64,000 nucleotides of DNA from Hyphochytrium catenoides (GCA_900088475.1 FLMG01004571.1:67032-131031); one strand, 5' to 3'; shown: positions 49,701 to 62,253, counted from the stretch's first letter. Notes: generated by a model from the sequence alone, not told the origin. Numbers and translations are program-made.

Positions 49701-51798
49701 CGGCTCTCCGTAAGCAAAAGGACGTGCTGGTTAAGGAGAAACTTGACACTATAGAGCAGCTCCAGGCAAAGTCCGACGAACAGGTCCGGTTGACCTTTTA
49801 CCTCCAAGGAACGCCTTTAGTTTCCCAGCTGGTGTTGCCTTCTCTTCTTGCTCTCTCCGGCGTTGGTCACTTCCACCTTTGGTTCCACTTTCTCTTCGTT
49901 TGTTTATTGGAGCAGCCTTCTGATGGTGCTTATTATTCTTCCTCGAAGCTGGGTATGAGCTTTGTAATCGAGGTTAAGCGACTATCTCTCTATGGAGCGG
50001 TTTTTGCAAGGCTTTGTCGTCTCAGACTCGCTCAGGTTATCCTAGATCTCTTATGCCCTTACCTCTGTTGCATCCAGGCGCGAGCCTTCTTGGCTCGAAT
50101 CGATAGTCTGGACCAAGCCTTGAGGACCAAAACTTCCATGGTTGAGGATCTTCACTTACAGATAAACAAGCTGGAGATGCAAACTCAGGTAGAAGAGAAT
50201 TGAATCAACTAATTGGGAAAGCAATGGATAGGAGAAGAAGTGCAGAGGGAAGAGGAGTTTTAAAGGATCAGAGAATGTGTGACTCTAAGGCAGTGAATCA
50301 ATAAGGGCTTATAGCAAAAGTGAAGGGCTGGCTTTAAGCACGTGGCGGGAGAGGACCACTTCGTCAAACGACAGATAGTTCAGACTGAAGGCATCGAAAA
50401 AGGCAGTAGTGCGGAAGCAACCAACAAGGCCTTTTTATCCCATTCAAACAGCAAACTCAGGAGGACCATTTGAGTCTTCTCAAGACGATTGAAGACGAGC
50501 ACAGGAAACTTTTAGACCGGGAGAAAGCTGCGCACGCTGAAGCCTTACAATCCTTGAAGACCCAGCATCGAAACAATGTGGAGAGCCTGACTGGAGAGTT
50601 TAATGCGTCAAAGGTGCTCTGTCCGAGTACCTCCCTTTACTCTATCCCATTGCCTCCTCTGTTGGCCTCGAAAACATGCTCTCCTCGTTGTCAGCGGCCT
50701 CACACCTGTGGCGCTCACTCTCTACTTTGATCTGTGATTTCTCTGAAGNNNNNNNNNNNNNNNNNNNNNNNNNNNNNNNNNNNNNNNNNNNNNNNNNNNN
50801 NNNNNNNNNNNNNNNNNNNNNNNNNNNNNNNGGTAAGCTTTCCTTCTTCATCTAACTTTGTTCTTCTTACTAGGTGTAGCTTGGTCGTTTGCCTCGTGAA
50901 GGCTAGTCTCTCACTGTCTTTCTTTGCTGCCCCATGTCTCTTCCCTAGGATGTGGAGTTCATTCAGGCTCTACAGCAGCAGATGGAGTTACTTGTCAAGT
51001 CAGAGAGAGAGGCGAGAGAGAAAGTGGAATATCTGAAGAGAGAGCTGCACAACCGGGAGGAAATGTACAATCAGAAGTTTAACGTATCACCTACCGTGGG
51101 CTTCATGCAGGTGTGAACATGGAACAAGCAGCTTTTATGCCTTCGAGATAGTGCCTTATAATCATCTTTCTCATCACTTACTGTCTGCTATAGTCTCTGG
51201 CTCTTGCTCTCTCTCTCTCTTTTTCTTTTGTCAACTATTTCCGATTTTTGTAAATGACTCTCATTCCTTGGACTCTTGCACCTCGGGATATCTGACTACT
51301 TTGTATGAAACAACAGGTGACCAAGCGCAAAGGAGAGTCGACGCCACAACGTCGGACACCTCTTGAGACTCCTAAGATCAAGCCCATTAAGCCAGAAAGA
51401 GAGCGGCCTCAGCCAGAAGAAGAGAGTAACAATAACAGAGGAGAGGTACACAGCTCTTTCTTGTGGCTGCATTCTCTCATACCATTCCTACTCCTTGCGC
51501 ACCGGTGACGGTAATTATAGTGCAAGGCAGCTTGAGGAAGTTGATCGCCTCTCTCTTTCTCTCTGTACATCTTTTCTCGAGGCATACCCTATCCTCTTTG
51601 TCTCTCTCTCTTCGCTACCTCTTCCATATATATTGCCCCCGTCCAACCTCTGTCTTTTATGCTACAGCAGACGTTAGGGTTCCCTCCTCTCTCCCCGAAG
51701 ACCAGCCTATCTCCACCTTCATCGGGCTCAACGGCACCGCAAGACCAAATCGGCAAAGAGAGACTGTCCTCAGGACTCTCCAGAGAATCGCAAGTTAG
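43792..51798 (+). CDS. FAM184: FAM184-family long coiled-coil protein, about 20 exons
   Basis: N-terminal DLLLKMSKKIAQLTKVIYSLNTRNE and C-terminal YLKRELHNREEMYNQKFNVSPTVG match the FAM184 signatures. The intervening coiled-coil exons are phase-consistent GT-AG. The last exon is tentative. Confidence 0.88.
50749..50831. other. Assembly gap (83 N), probably covering one FAM184 exon
   Basis: The N run is directly preceded by ...ctctgaag and followed by g|gtaagc. Confidence 0.9.
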
Positions 51799-52273
51799 AC
51801 CGAGAAACTCCAGATCATAATCTATTAGCTTTCTCCTTGAACTTTGTCCATGCCACAGAACGACTGAACAAGCCAGTCTGTCCCAAGGGACTAATAGCCT
51901 TCATTGCCACCTTCCTCTTCCTCTTTCCGGCTGCCGGTTCACAATGATCGTCCTTCTCCGCTGGTTTACATTGTGTGTATAGCGCATTCTTTGCTTCCTC
52001 GCTCGTCTCTGCCTTCTCTCCTGCGATAGCAGTGGTGCCCGTGAGAAAGTTGACGATGAAGAAGCATGTGATACTCCGCTGTATCACACTTCAGCTCTCG
52101 GCTGCACAGACATCACCTTCCTACAAGTCGAAGAGCTGTCTTTCTACTCGTCGGGTGTCACAACTCCTTCCGCTCTTTCCTCTGCGTCATGTCCGTCTTA
52201 CTGAAGTCATCACATCTCGTCCAGCTCTTGCTCTCTACTTCTCTCTCCCTCCCTACACTCTTCTCCTTGCATC

Positions 52274-52321
<48 letters not shown>

Positions 52322-52539
52322 CTCTCTATATTCCCTTTCGCCTCCATCATCCCCTAATCTTCTTGCCATCAGAACCCAATGCACTCCCTTAAAAATACAT
52401 CCGGAATGGTCATAACCCAGCCCTGTGTTTATGTATAGAAGCAATGGGCCAATTGGACACGTAGTAATACTCCTTGGTTTATTCCTATGATGGGATGATT
52501 GTGGTTTCTTGGGGGCCCATCATGGCAGACAGACAGAGG

Positions 52540-52542
52540 GTG

Positions 52543-52584
<42 letters not shown>

Positions 52585-52680
52585 CTCCCTGTCTCTCTGT
52601 CGCTCTGTCTCTCATTTCTCTCTCTCTTTCTCTTTCTCTCTCTTTCTCTCCCCTCTCGTCTTCTCGATCGTCCCTCTCTT
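52540..52680. repeat. (CT)n microsatellite
   Basis: Visible tract; a second one lies at about 52276-52330. Confidence 0.9.
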
Positions 52681-53216
52681 TCCGTCCCGTCCATCATCGT
52701 CTCCCTTTTTCTCTTTCAAACCTCTCTTACCCTTCAAACCTTGCTTCTTTTCCCCCTACTCTCCCTTCATCGCTCTCTTTCTCTTTGTCCGTCCTTTTGT
52801 CTGGTGAAGAGTGTGACACTGAACGAAGCACCATCGAGTTATTCAGCTGTCCAAACAAGCCTGGTTGAATAGACTATGCCTCCATCCCTCCGACTAACAG
52901 GCAGCGGAGAGCAGGCTGGCCTGGTTGGAGGACAGAGAATCCGAGATGGCAGCAGGTCCTCTTGCATTATCTCCCACACATGCGCCCTCACTTTGACGTT
53001 GCCTCTTGGCACTCGCTCCTCCATCCTCTCTGTCTCTCTATGATGCCCCATCATCCGGCCGCATCTGCTCATATTGCATATCATCCAGCTCCTTCACTTG
53101 CTTCAGCAGTAGACAAGTTTCCACCTGACCCACATCACCTGCAAAGAATACTTTCTACAGAAGTTCCGGCAGGTCCTCAAAAGTATCTGCAAGAGCTACA
53201 AGAGCAATAAAAGACT

Positions 53217-53765
53217 ATGACCTTTCAGCGTGTACTCGTAGCGGCCGCAAAGCCTGCCCTAACGCCACAGAATATGAGCCCGTCTGGTCCATTAGCGGCA
53301 CTCAAATTGCAGGGAACTAGATCTCTGGGAGCCGCAAAGAGAGCTCTCTCATCCACGGCTGCCCCTTCGGAGGCTGCGGACAGTAGCAAGAGAGCTGCCC
53401 AGGAGACGAACTCCACAAATACTGAGGCTGAGTTCTGGAGGCAGAAGTTCCAGCAGGCCAGTGAGGAATACAGCTTGAGGTTTCCGTCTGGAGCACCTGG
53501 AGAGCAGGCCTCGAGGGCGAGAGGTCACTACCAGCAGAGTGGATGGAAAGAGGTGATGAATCGTACACAATTTTCCGGCTGGTGGCTTCTAGGAACCGCT
53601 GTGCTAGCGTACAGCTATGGCCGGAACTCTGGGGCTGCAGAGGCACAAAGAGAAGGAGCAGAAAGGGAGTTGAGACGTCTTTGGAAGTCTATGAAGAATG
53701 CTTTTCCTGCGACAAGAGACTCGGAGGAGACTGTGAACTTGAAAATATCCGCGAAAGAGGAATAG
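53217..53765 (+). CDS. Hypothetical 182-aa protein, possible mitochondrial presequence and one hydrophobic segment
   Basis: Intronless ATG-to-stop ORF. The first ~50 aa are rich in R/K/A/S/L and lack acidic residues. Hydrophobic segment WWLLGTAVLAYSYG. Confidence 0.6.
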   Translation: MTFQRVLVAAAKPALTPQNMSPSGPLAALKLQGTRSLGAAKRALSSTAAPSEAADSSKRAAQETNSTNTEAEFWRQKFQQASEEYSLRFPSGAPGEQASRARGHYQQSGWKEVMNRTQFSGWWLLGTAVLAYSYGRNSGAAEAQREGAERELRRLWKSMKNAFPATRDSEETVNLKISAKEE

Positions 53766-54980
53766 GACCCAAGATCTTTCAGCACTCTCCTCCTATTCAC
53801 AACTGGACAGAAGTAAATGTTAGCTGAAGATCTCTAACTCTAAACGACAAGGGAGCGCTCCAGCTATAATTCTTATAGCTTATTGCAAGGAGCTCATATG
53901 GCAAAGAAGATGACGAGCTAAGCAAGTCAGAAGCAGAAGCGGTGACAGAGCAGTGGGGGCTATCCTATTGAGAAGCTGGGAGGAGGAGATTGATGATAAA
54001 TAAACTGTCTGCCCGCAGGCAAAAGATCTGAAGAAGGATGTTTGGCTTCCTGACGGTGCCGACGAACAAATCAATCAATATTATTAGCTTGAATGTACCG
54101 AATCTGCTTCCTGCCATCAACCCAATCAAACAAGGGTGCAAAGAGCTAATGAAAATCAAGAGAGGTCCCTTACACTGCTTTCTTCATTATGCCTCGCCTG
54201 AGCCACCTCGACCGAGGCTCCTGTTGTAGAGCTTGTTGAAGTTAGGGCTTTGGGTGATGATAAGGAAGCATCTATGGACAATCATCATCAAGCATGCTTT
54301 CTGCCGTACGAAGTCCTTGGATGATAGTGATGCAGCACGATGTGCTGTGGGTTCTTCTACAATCTTCTTTCCTCCTCCTACTTGTACATTCTTTATTTCT
54401 TCTTCTTCTATTCTAACGGGACTGATTATCATCTTCCCTACCTTCTTCTCCTTCTGTCTGTCTTTCATTCTTGTGCTTTCTTGCCCAGCTATTTTCTTCT
54501 TTTGTCTTCTTTCTTCTTTAGGCGCTAATGATTTTGTACCTCTTCCTCTTCCTTCGTCTCTTCTCCTTCGCTCCTCCGTCCTTCCCCCTATCACTGTGTA
54601 CATATCTCTTCTTAGTAGATCTACATCATTACGCCTTCCAGTCACTTGTTGTTGTTGCTTTCTTCTTTCTTCTTGGTTCTTCATTATAATGAAAGCTCTT
54701 TCGCTCACTTGTCGTTCTTCTCTTTGGCGGTCCTGAGTTTCTTTTATTGACACTTTCTTAATGAAGTCTTGCACTAAGAAGGCTCGCAATCTTAGTTAGA
54801 AGACAAGAAATCTTCTTCCTTTGCCTGTGTGTCCGATCTTTCTTTCTTCCTCTTTCCTCCTTCTTCTTGTTCATCATCATCATCATCCTCTTCTGCTTCA
54901 TTTTCTTCTCATCTTCTCCATAACACACATAATAGATAGTGAATTTTAGATCTTCTTCTCCTTCCTCTTCCTCAACGGTC

Positions 54981-55634
54981 CTACTGGAAGGTAAACTTAT
55001 AGTTCTGTCCATACTGACTGTCCCACTGGCCATTTGGACCAAAGAAAGCCACCTCAACGGCCCAACCATCATTCTTCTGGAATCCTTTAAACATTTCTAC
55101 TTGCTCGGCAGTTGGATTCGTGATCTCATAGTCGTCTGCTCCTCCAGGGACAGCCGGACGATTCGGACAACGGGGATACTCGCCGGGTCCAACATGTGGC
55201 TCGAGAGTGGGCTTGGCGTTAGAATCCGCAATTGAGCACTGATAGCAGCCTTTTTGGTTGAGAGCTGCAGCGGCCCAGACGCCACCTCTGGAGAAATGTG
55301 GGTCCATTTTCGTGGTGATGTCACGGAAGGAGCCCGATCTCAAGTTGCGCACTCTGACCCAAACGTTAACATCAAGGATACTAATGATGCCTTTTTGGTA
55401 GTTGATGTGAACGATTGGACTATAGCTCTCAGAGATGTTCCGCCTGTTAATTGCGCAGACGTTGACTGGTCCATTCTGCTTGCACTCAATGCCCTGAGGT
55501 GCGAAGTAAATCTCTGGGCTGGGACAGTATTGAATAGGGCGGACGTACGGCGTCGTTGGCTGTGGCGTCTGCTCCTCGGCCGCAGTCACAAGAGCCAGGA
55601 ATGAGAGGGCGACGAACGCGGTTGGAAGCTTCAT
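54981..55634 (-). CDS. Secreted cysteine-containing hypothetical protein (217 aa), intronless
   Basis: Signal peptide MKLPTAFVALSFLALVTA, six Cys, and C-terminal WAVEVAFFGPNGQWDSQYGQNYKFTF. Confidence 0.8.
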   Translation of the reverse strand: MKLPTAFVALSFLALVTAAEEQTPQPTTPYVRPIQYCPSPEIYFAPQGIECKQNGPVNVCAINRRNISESYSPIVHINYQKGIISILDVNVWVRVRNLRSGSFRDITTKMDPHFSRGGVWAAAALNQKGCYQCSIADSNAKPTLEPHVGPGEYPRCPNRPAVPGGADDYEITNPTAEQVEMFKGFQKNDGWAVEVAFFGPNGQWDSQYGQNYKFTFQ

Positions 55635-58355
55635 GATGCCTTTAGCTCTTTTGCGTGGTTTCTTGCCTGATGTGTCGTCTTCTCCTTCTTCTGTAAGCTG
55701 TTTGCGAGCGTTGTCTGGTTAGGATTTGAGCTTCAGCTTGGAGCTTTAGGAATGGAAGACTCAGAGAGATGCCACCAAAGCAAAAAGTCTCCTACTTTTG
55801 CCCTTCTGTTTGGAAGCGCTTCTACTCTCTTTCTTTCTCGCTCTCTCTCTCGCCCTTCCTCCTCTATCTCTTCCTCGTTCCCCTTCTCTCTCACTGAAAG
55901 AGAGACGAGCGGGACGGCTGATGGCAATTACTGGACCTTGAGCTGTTGATCCTCCTCAGCCCTCTTGCCCCTGATGTAGAGAAAGGTTGAGATGTCACTA
56001 CTGCAAGGGTAGATTCGAGCGCCAATGAAAGAAAGAAGGCCGAAGAGAGATGTGAGGTGTAACGACACGGCTCTACAGACGTCATAGAGAGAAGGACGGT
56101 GATGGCTGCTGTAGAAAGAGAGGGGGAAAGGAGAGAGAGAAGGATCGGCGAGGTCGTTCTTCTTTGGGCCCTCAGAGTTCCGCGTCGTGACAGCTTGTTG
56201 GGTCGCGCACACGCATCTCCTGAGAAGAAAAGAATGGGAAGAGTGCACCAAAGAGCGGAGGGGGGTCTGGGGAAGAAAGAGAAGATAGAACATGAAGACA
56301 AGGCTGGTGAGACACTGTGGATGAGATTCTGAAGGAGGAAGAGGCTACAGCGAAGAGACACGGATCATGGACAGACAAGTGATCGATGATGAGAAGCGAA
56401 CCATAGAGATACTGCGAGGGTTCTTGGGAGAAGATCAGGACGGAAAAGGAAAACTCGAAGTCCTAGCGAGACGAAGAGACCAATTCACACACAGATGGGT
56501 AGGACTGGGTATCGAAGTTGCCCCACAAGGCAGGCATAAGGGCAGGCACATGTGAGATGCGGAAGGAGAATAATGATAGACTTTTGCCTCAACCAAAGCA
56601 GGCCCCGTTCGCACTGGCGACTCTTCAAGCTGAGAGAGAGAGCGAGGGAGGGAGAGAAAGAGAGACGGAAAAGGAGGAGGCACGGAAGCGTGACCCGCTA
56701 TCCGTCCATTCCGCTCACTTTTTCTCTCTTTTCTCTTCCCTCCCTCACTCTTCCTCTCTCTGTCTGTCTTACACTCACCCTCTCTTATTTGAGACAGTAG
56801 CCTGGAATCATAGCTATGCATTGACGATCTATGTCAGCCTCTTTGATGAGCATCAGCGAGCGAGAATGGGAAGGGCAGCGGAGCTCGTGATCAGAATCTG
56901 TTGAAGGCTTCGCTGCCATTCTTTTTGTGCTGCCAGCGTTTTGGACTTTCACGACGCTAGGTCCATCTTAAGGCTTCTGCTATGACTGCCATGTCATCTC
57001 CTTTTGGCTTCCACTCCTCCACCTTGGTGGGTGATCATGAACGAATCTACTCGTAGAAGAGAGAGGAAGGAAGGAATAAGGCACCAGAAGAGAAGCTTCT
57101 CTGGCTCTTGTGATCGTTATCATCATCTTGTAAGAAGAAGGAGCTGACACAAAGACAGATGACGGCAGCAACAAGGAACGGCCCTCTTCTTCTTCTTCTC
57201 TCCCCAGCAGCTCAGGGTGGTGCTTACTGGTCCATTCATGGGTCCATTTACCACTCACTCTCTGGATTCCTCATGATATATAAAGGTCGTATCATCATCG
57301 CTGTGACGCTACCCATGAGTCCTGGTGGCCTGGTAGTTCTAGTGGGAGCTGCTGCTGCCTCTCCTCCGTCGTCCATCTTTCTGCCTCTTCCGTGATGTTT
57401 TGGCCTCTTGATCCTTTGTGGCGGCGGCCTGCCCTCCTGCCGCAGACAGTTGCTTTGATGGATGAAGAACTGGCGATGACCATCACGTTCTTAGGATGAG
57501 ATCGGAACATCGGGAAGAGCATACAATCTCAAAACCGTCATACCCTTTTACAAGGACAGTTTGAGATTGTATAATACAGTCTCATCTGAACCAAGAAACA
57601 GACTGAAGGATCGTAGTAACGCCATCGGGATCGCTGGCTGGCGTAGTAGAAAGCCTTTAGTGCCCACAGGATGGGCATTCTTCTTCTCTTGCCGCTTTAT
57701 TAAAAGTCATCGGGTGGGGGTCTGCCACTGGTCTGCCACGGTCCCGGCCTTTGTCAGTCTTTCCTGGTGCGCTGCCCAAGCCTATCAGACGGTTGCAGTC
57801 AAACGTGATGTGCACTTCTTTCGGCATCGTTTGATCAAGCAAGTGTCTTGGCGTCTACGCGCATGAGGAGGCGGGTACTGTGATGGTTTCCCGATTGGCT
57901 CCTTCCTCGCCGCTTCTCACTCTTCTCCAATCTCTTCTTGCCCCTTCCTTCTTTCTCCTTCTTCTCCTCCAGCTGCTGGCGCTCATGCTTTCCATCATGT
58001 CTCCTCTTGTTGTTTGTTTGGAAAAAGGAAGAGCAAAGATTTTGCTCGTCTCTCTCATCATCGGAGAGGAAGATGAGAGCCCCGCTTCCTCGCCGCCGCA
58101 TCCGCATCAGCTTCCTGTCACTTCTTGCCGGCACTAGGTGGTGACCGCGTGAATTCACTGCTTTCTTCGTCTTCCTTTCTGTCTTTCTGACCTAGTTTCC
58201 GTTCTCTTGTTCTCTTCACTTCTAGTAGATACTTCCTTCATCTCTTCCTCTTTTTTTATCGGTGGTCTGTTAACCTTGAAGAGACAGGCAGATTCTCGCC
58301 GCGGGCTTGCCCACCAACATGATATACTCCAACTCTGTTCTTAGCGTCACAGTGC

Positions 58356-59970
58356 CTAAATCAATGCTATATAACGATAGAACACCCTCGGATCGGTGTC
58401 TATCGTCGCTGATCCATACTGGTCGTGGAAATCTACTCCTCCATGGAGCATATCCCACACATGGCTGTCTTGAAGGTACAACTTAGCTCTTTTTTGACTT
58501 CTAACTAGGAACTACTACATAGTTGACTAGCTATGGAGTACTCCATCTGATCATTAAAACTATAGTCACATGATATAGAACCCACATGTCCCAAAGGATT
58601 CCTACGTTGTAGGTGCATTGTGCCCATTTTGCCGAGCTTTATCCAATGGCAAACAAACAAGCAAGGAATCCAAAAGTACTTTGTTGTTCTAAGCAGTACA
58701 CCCTTAGAGGCGAATGTCAAAAAAGCAGCCAAATCTTCATGATGCTTCACTTCGTGCTCCTCATTTTGGGAGTTCTCCGCTGTCAGCTCCTTTCAAGGGA
58801 AGGAGACTAATGCATTTCAATTATACCACGCTGATTATCCCGACTTAGTAACCTCATACCCTGGCGAACGCTTGATACCTCTGGTTTCGGCGTCTTCAAG
58901 TTAATGTTAGGCATCGAAGCTAGCTAAGGCCACCCTCTTCATGCTTATGTAGGTCTTATAAACTATCTCATGCGACTACATCCCTGGGATCTTGGCACCA
59001 GATAAACTTTTGGGCTTTCCGTTGTCCTTATTACCGCAATTTCTCGACACAAGATAGTGCCCCTCTGTCCCTGATTATAGTGATTATAGTGGTGGTCCCA
59101 CAATCCTCCATCGTCCATCCCCTCCAGAAACGGCGCTGTGGCGGAGAAGATAAAAGCAGCTCAGGAATGCTGTCATGGATTATGGCACGTTTACAGTCGG
59201 CTGACGAAATCAAAAAGGTGCCGACAGCTTATCCTTATCTAGTTCTCAATGGTGTCCGCTCTTATAATAATATGCTTACTTCCCGTCCCTGTGATGACCA
59301 CGTCTATGTTCCGTGTAGCTTTTTCCTGTTCAAGGCTCTGGGTCATAACCATCATTCGGACAATCACTACCCAAGGCGTGCTGTCGTAGAATTTGTTTAG
59401 ATGACGATGCAGCACGATGGTTGCTCTTCTACAGTTTCTACAGCTTTCCTGAAGGAGACAATCACCTGTAGGAGGGACAATCACTTGCTAAATCTTAGCC
59501 ACCAAAAGCCCTTCTTCTTACCTTGACTGTCATTCTCACCACAACCCAAGAGTGCCCACTTCTATCGATGACCAGCAGCGAAACCAGGCGCTCTCAAGCA
59601 GACCTCAACAGGCACAACTTGTACGCCTTAGAATGATCATAGACGACAGCAGCCCCCACTGCTGGCATCAAAGGCGAAGGCTTATAACCCTTTATGTTGG
59701 TCCATGTCTTCACTGGCAACCACAACAAACCTGGCGATCTCCTTTATTATTGGAATCATGTAGTTCAGCATCACCCCAGCTTTGCACCGCGAGAAGAATG
59801 ATGGTTCAGCAATTGTCGGAAGGGTAACATCCAATCAGGGTTGATGTTTGGCCTAGAAGAGCCATTCGGAACACCTCATTGGCTTATATCAGATGCCCCC
59901 CACCCATCTTCAACTTCGACATATCCTTCAAATACTTCATACAATATATTTCTTTCACCTTATAAACCCT
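58356..59970 (-). CDS. Possible multi-exon hypothetical gene
   Basis: Repeat-free stretch with several short AG/GT-bounded open segments (EKATRNIDVVITGTG; ELTAENSQNEEHEVKHHEDLAAFLTFASK; HVWDMLHGGVDFHDQYGSATIDTDPRVFYRYIALI*). No complete model could be built. Confidence 0.25.
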
Positions 59971-60512
59971 AGGCTAGCTTGCCTGAAACATAGCTCTATA
60001 GTTTTTGGGTGTGTGGGCATAACGAGCACAGGTTAGTGTCTTGAGGAAAGATCAAGGCCTAAGAATGTCCAAAGCAGTTACAGGGCCAGCGATTGGTTGA
60101 TAGATGACGAGGGCACTGCTGTATCGAAGAGGTCTCGTCGCTCACGCACTATCATCTTTGAACGCAATACTCTAAGAAGAACGATGTGTGCGTTTGACTC
60201 CCTACAAGTCATGATGACTGTGCATTAACCCTCCTCGATCCTAGCACAGAATCTGAGTGCTCTGGCTTTGTTGCTTCGAGCTTCTCATCCAGGAGGGAGA
60301 TCTACGGAGATCTCTTGGTCCGCGTCTCTTTGGGTCTCCCACCACTTAGCGCTCTCTTGGTTCGCCCTCTTGCTTCCAGCCACAACGAAGCGGCAGCCTT
60401 GCCTTTAGGTTCATTGATCAACTTTCCTTCTCAACCAAAAAAGCTCAAAATCAATCTCTAAAACGACAAAGCTCAAGACACAGAGCCAAAAGAATCCCCT
60501 CCCAAACGCAAT

Positions 60513-60698
60513 ATGTCCACAATAACAGTTCAGCGGCAATGGAGTATTGATTCAGAGGTTGACTGCGAATACCCATCAGTCTATGACGAAGACGAAGAGT
60601 GCAGCTTGGAGCGAGGCGATCAAGGCTTTCAGTCTCTTAGTCAGTATGACACGGACAACTCTGTGGACGATGACTGTTGGGACCCGGACGACTTGTAA
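60513..60698 (+). CDS. Small acidic protein (61 aa)
   Basis: ATG-to-TAA ORF, strongly D/E-rich, preceded by an A-rich leader (60433-60512). Confidence 0.5.
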   Translation: MSTITVQRQWSIDSEVDCEYPSVYDEDEECSLERGDQGFQSLSQYDTDNSVDDDCWDPDDL

Positions 60699-61062
60699 CA
60701 GCAGTCTACTCAAGACAAGCAGAAGTCTCCCACACACTCGACGCTATTTATACTTTTAGAAAACACCTGCTTCGTCAGTCACAACTGTACACTATCCTTT
60801 ACAACTTGAGCCCAAATAGACAAGAGCACGGCTTCAACGTCCACTATATCCTGCCCGAGGCACTACGGCGCCAACCCCAAGTACACTAAAAATGGTCCAA
60901 TACGGCAGTCACAAACAGATGCCTTTATTTCGGTCTCTCTGTTCAAGTAATCACTGCTTTCCATAGTTGCTAATAAATATAGACCTGTCTTTGCTTTTTT
61001 ACATCGCTGTGGAGATATTTACACTTCGAACTGTTTCCCTGAGGTAGAGCTCCAAGAGGAGA

Positions 61063-62253
61063 CTAATGGTATCTGGGTAGCCCCCAGTTGTGAGGTTCAA
61101 ATTGAGCCATACTGCTCAGCACCTCGTCGGCGGCTATGGTCCCATCATGAGGTAGGTTAGGGTCGGGAATCCATACTACGGGCATGTTGGCGCTTACAGC
61201 CGCCTCCACACCTGCAGGGGAGTCTTCAAATACCAAAAACTGAGAAGGGGAAAGCGAAAAGACATCCGGTGCGCCAATTCGCCCTTCTCGCTTGCTTGTG
61301 GCTCCTAAGAGGCGGGAGGCCGCCAAAAGAAAGATATCAGGCGCAGGCTTTCCTCTTGATAGCTCTGGATCGTCCCCACAAACCACCGTTTGAAAGAGGG
61401 AAAACAACTCTTGGTGCTTTTGAGTCTTCATCTCGTAAGCTTCTCGGGCCGAGCTCGTCGCTACCGCCATAGGGACCTTGTGCTTGTGAAGGTGCTCAAC
61501 CAGGGCCTTGACACCTATTAGAGGTACAACATACAATCAGACGAAGGTAATCTTACAACGCAATCTAACGCCTAACTTCAGGTGCTATCACGGCGTGCTA
61601 TGCTGACGTGGTCTTTGGCTGTGGTCTCCTCACCTGGTAAGAGGGTACAGTGAGGCATCATAATTTTATGCATCGCAGTCTTCTCTTTAAGATACTCCTC
61701 AGGCGTCATTGGAAGCCCTAGTTCGGTGACTAGGATCTTTGCAGAGTCTGTGGCCCTAATGCAAGCCCGTATTAGCAAGACAGAGCTGAGAAGCGAAGAA
61801 GCGAAGTGTTGGAGATAGGAGGTGTCTAGGGTTTACTGATCCGACAAGGTTGAAGATATTATCACAGATGGAGATATATAGAGCCTGACAGACTAGAGAG
61901 TGAGAAGCGGAAGAGCAGGTACGCAAAGAGGAAGCTAGATATTCTTGATCTAAATCCGAAGAAAATATCCAATAGAACCGAGAGCCTGACACAACAGAAA
62001 GGGAGACAGCTCAGTTTGTCATGGCCTCACAGCTTGCCAAGCATCATTGCCTTCACACTCCAATCGAAGGTCTTCCCATATCTACTAACTATCTTGTTGG
62101 TGGCCGCAATATAGATGGATTCCGTGTCTGAGACGAGTAAAGAAAGAGAGAGCGTTACAGCTACATCGCCATAACGGCCGTCACGGTCTGCCTACCGAGT
62201 AGAAGCCCATCCATGTCAAAGATGACATAGCTGACTGCTCTTCTCTCCTTCAT
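61063..62253 (-). CDS. HAD-like phosphatase, HDHD1/PUDP-like, copy 2 (4 coding exons)
   Basis: MKERRAVSYVIFDMDGLLL|DTESIY...GKTFDW; LLPGVKALVEHLHKHKVPMAVATSS; GKPAPDIFL; LVFEDSPAGVEAA; FEPHNWGLP. Confidence 0.93.

Noticed and set aside
51815-52087. 90-aa minus-strand ORF convergent with FAM184
   Set aside because: Non-ATG start and no motif; it probably overlaps the FAM184 3' UTR.
54187-54960. 200-aa and 167-aa overlapping antisense ORFs
   Set aside because: (CTT)n-rich low-complexity DNA giving K/E/R or F/L/S/C bias, with no motif.
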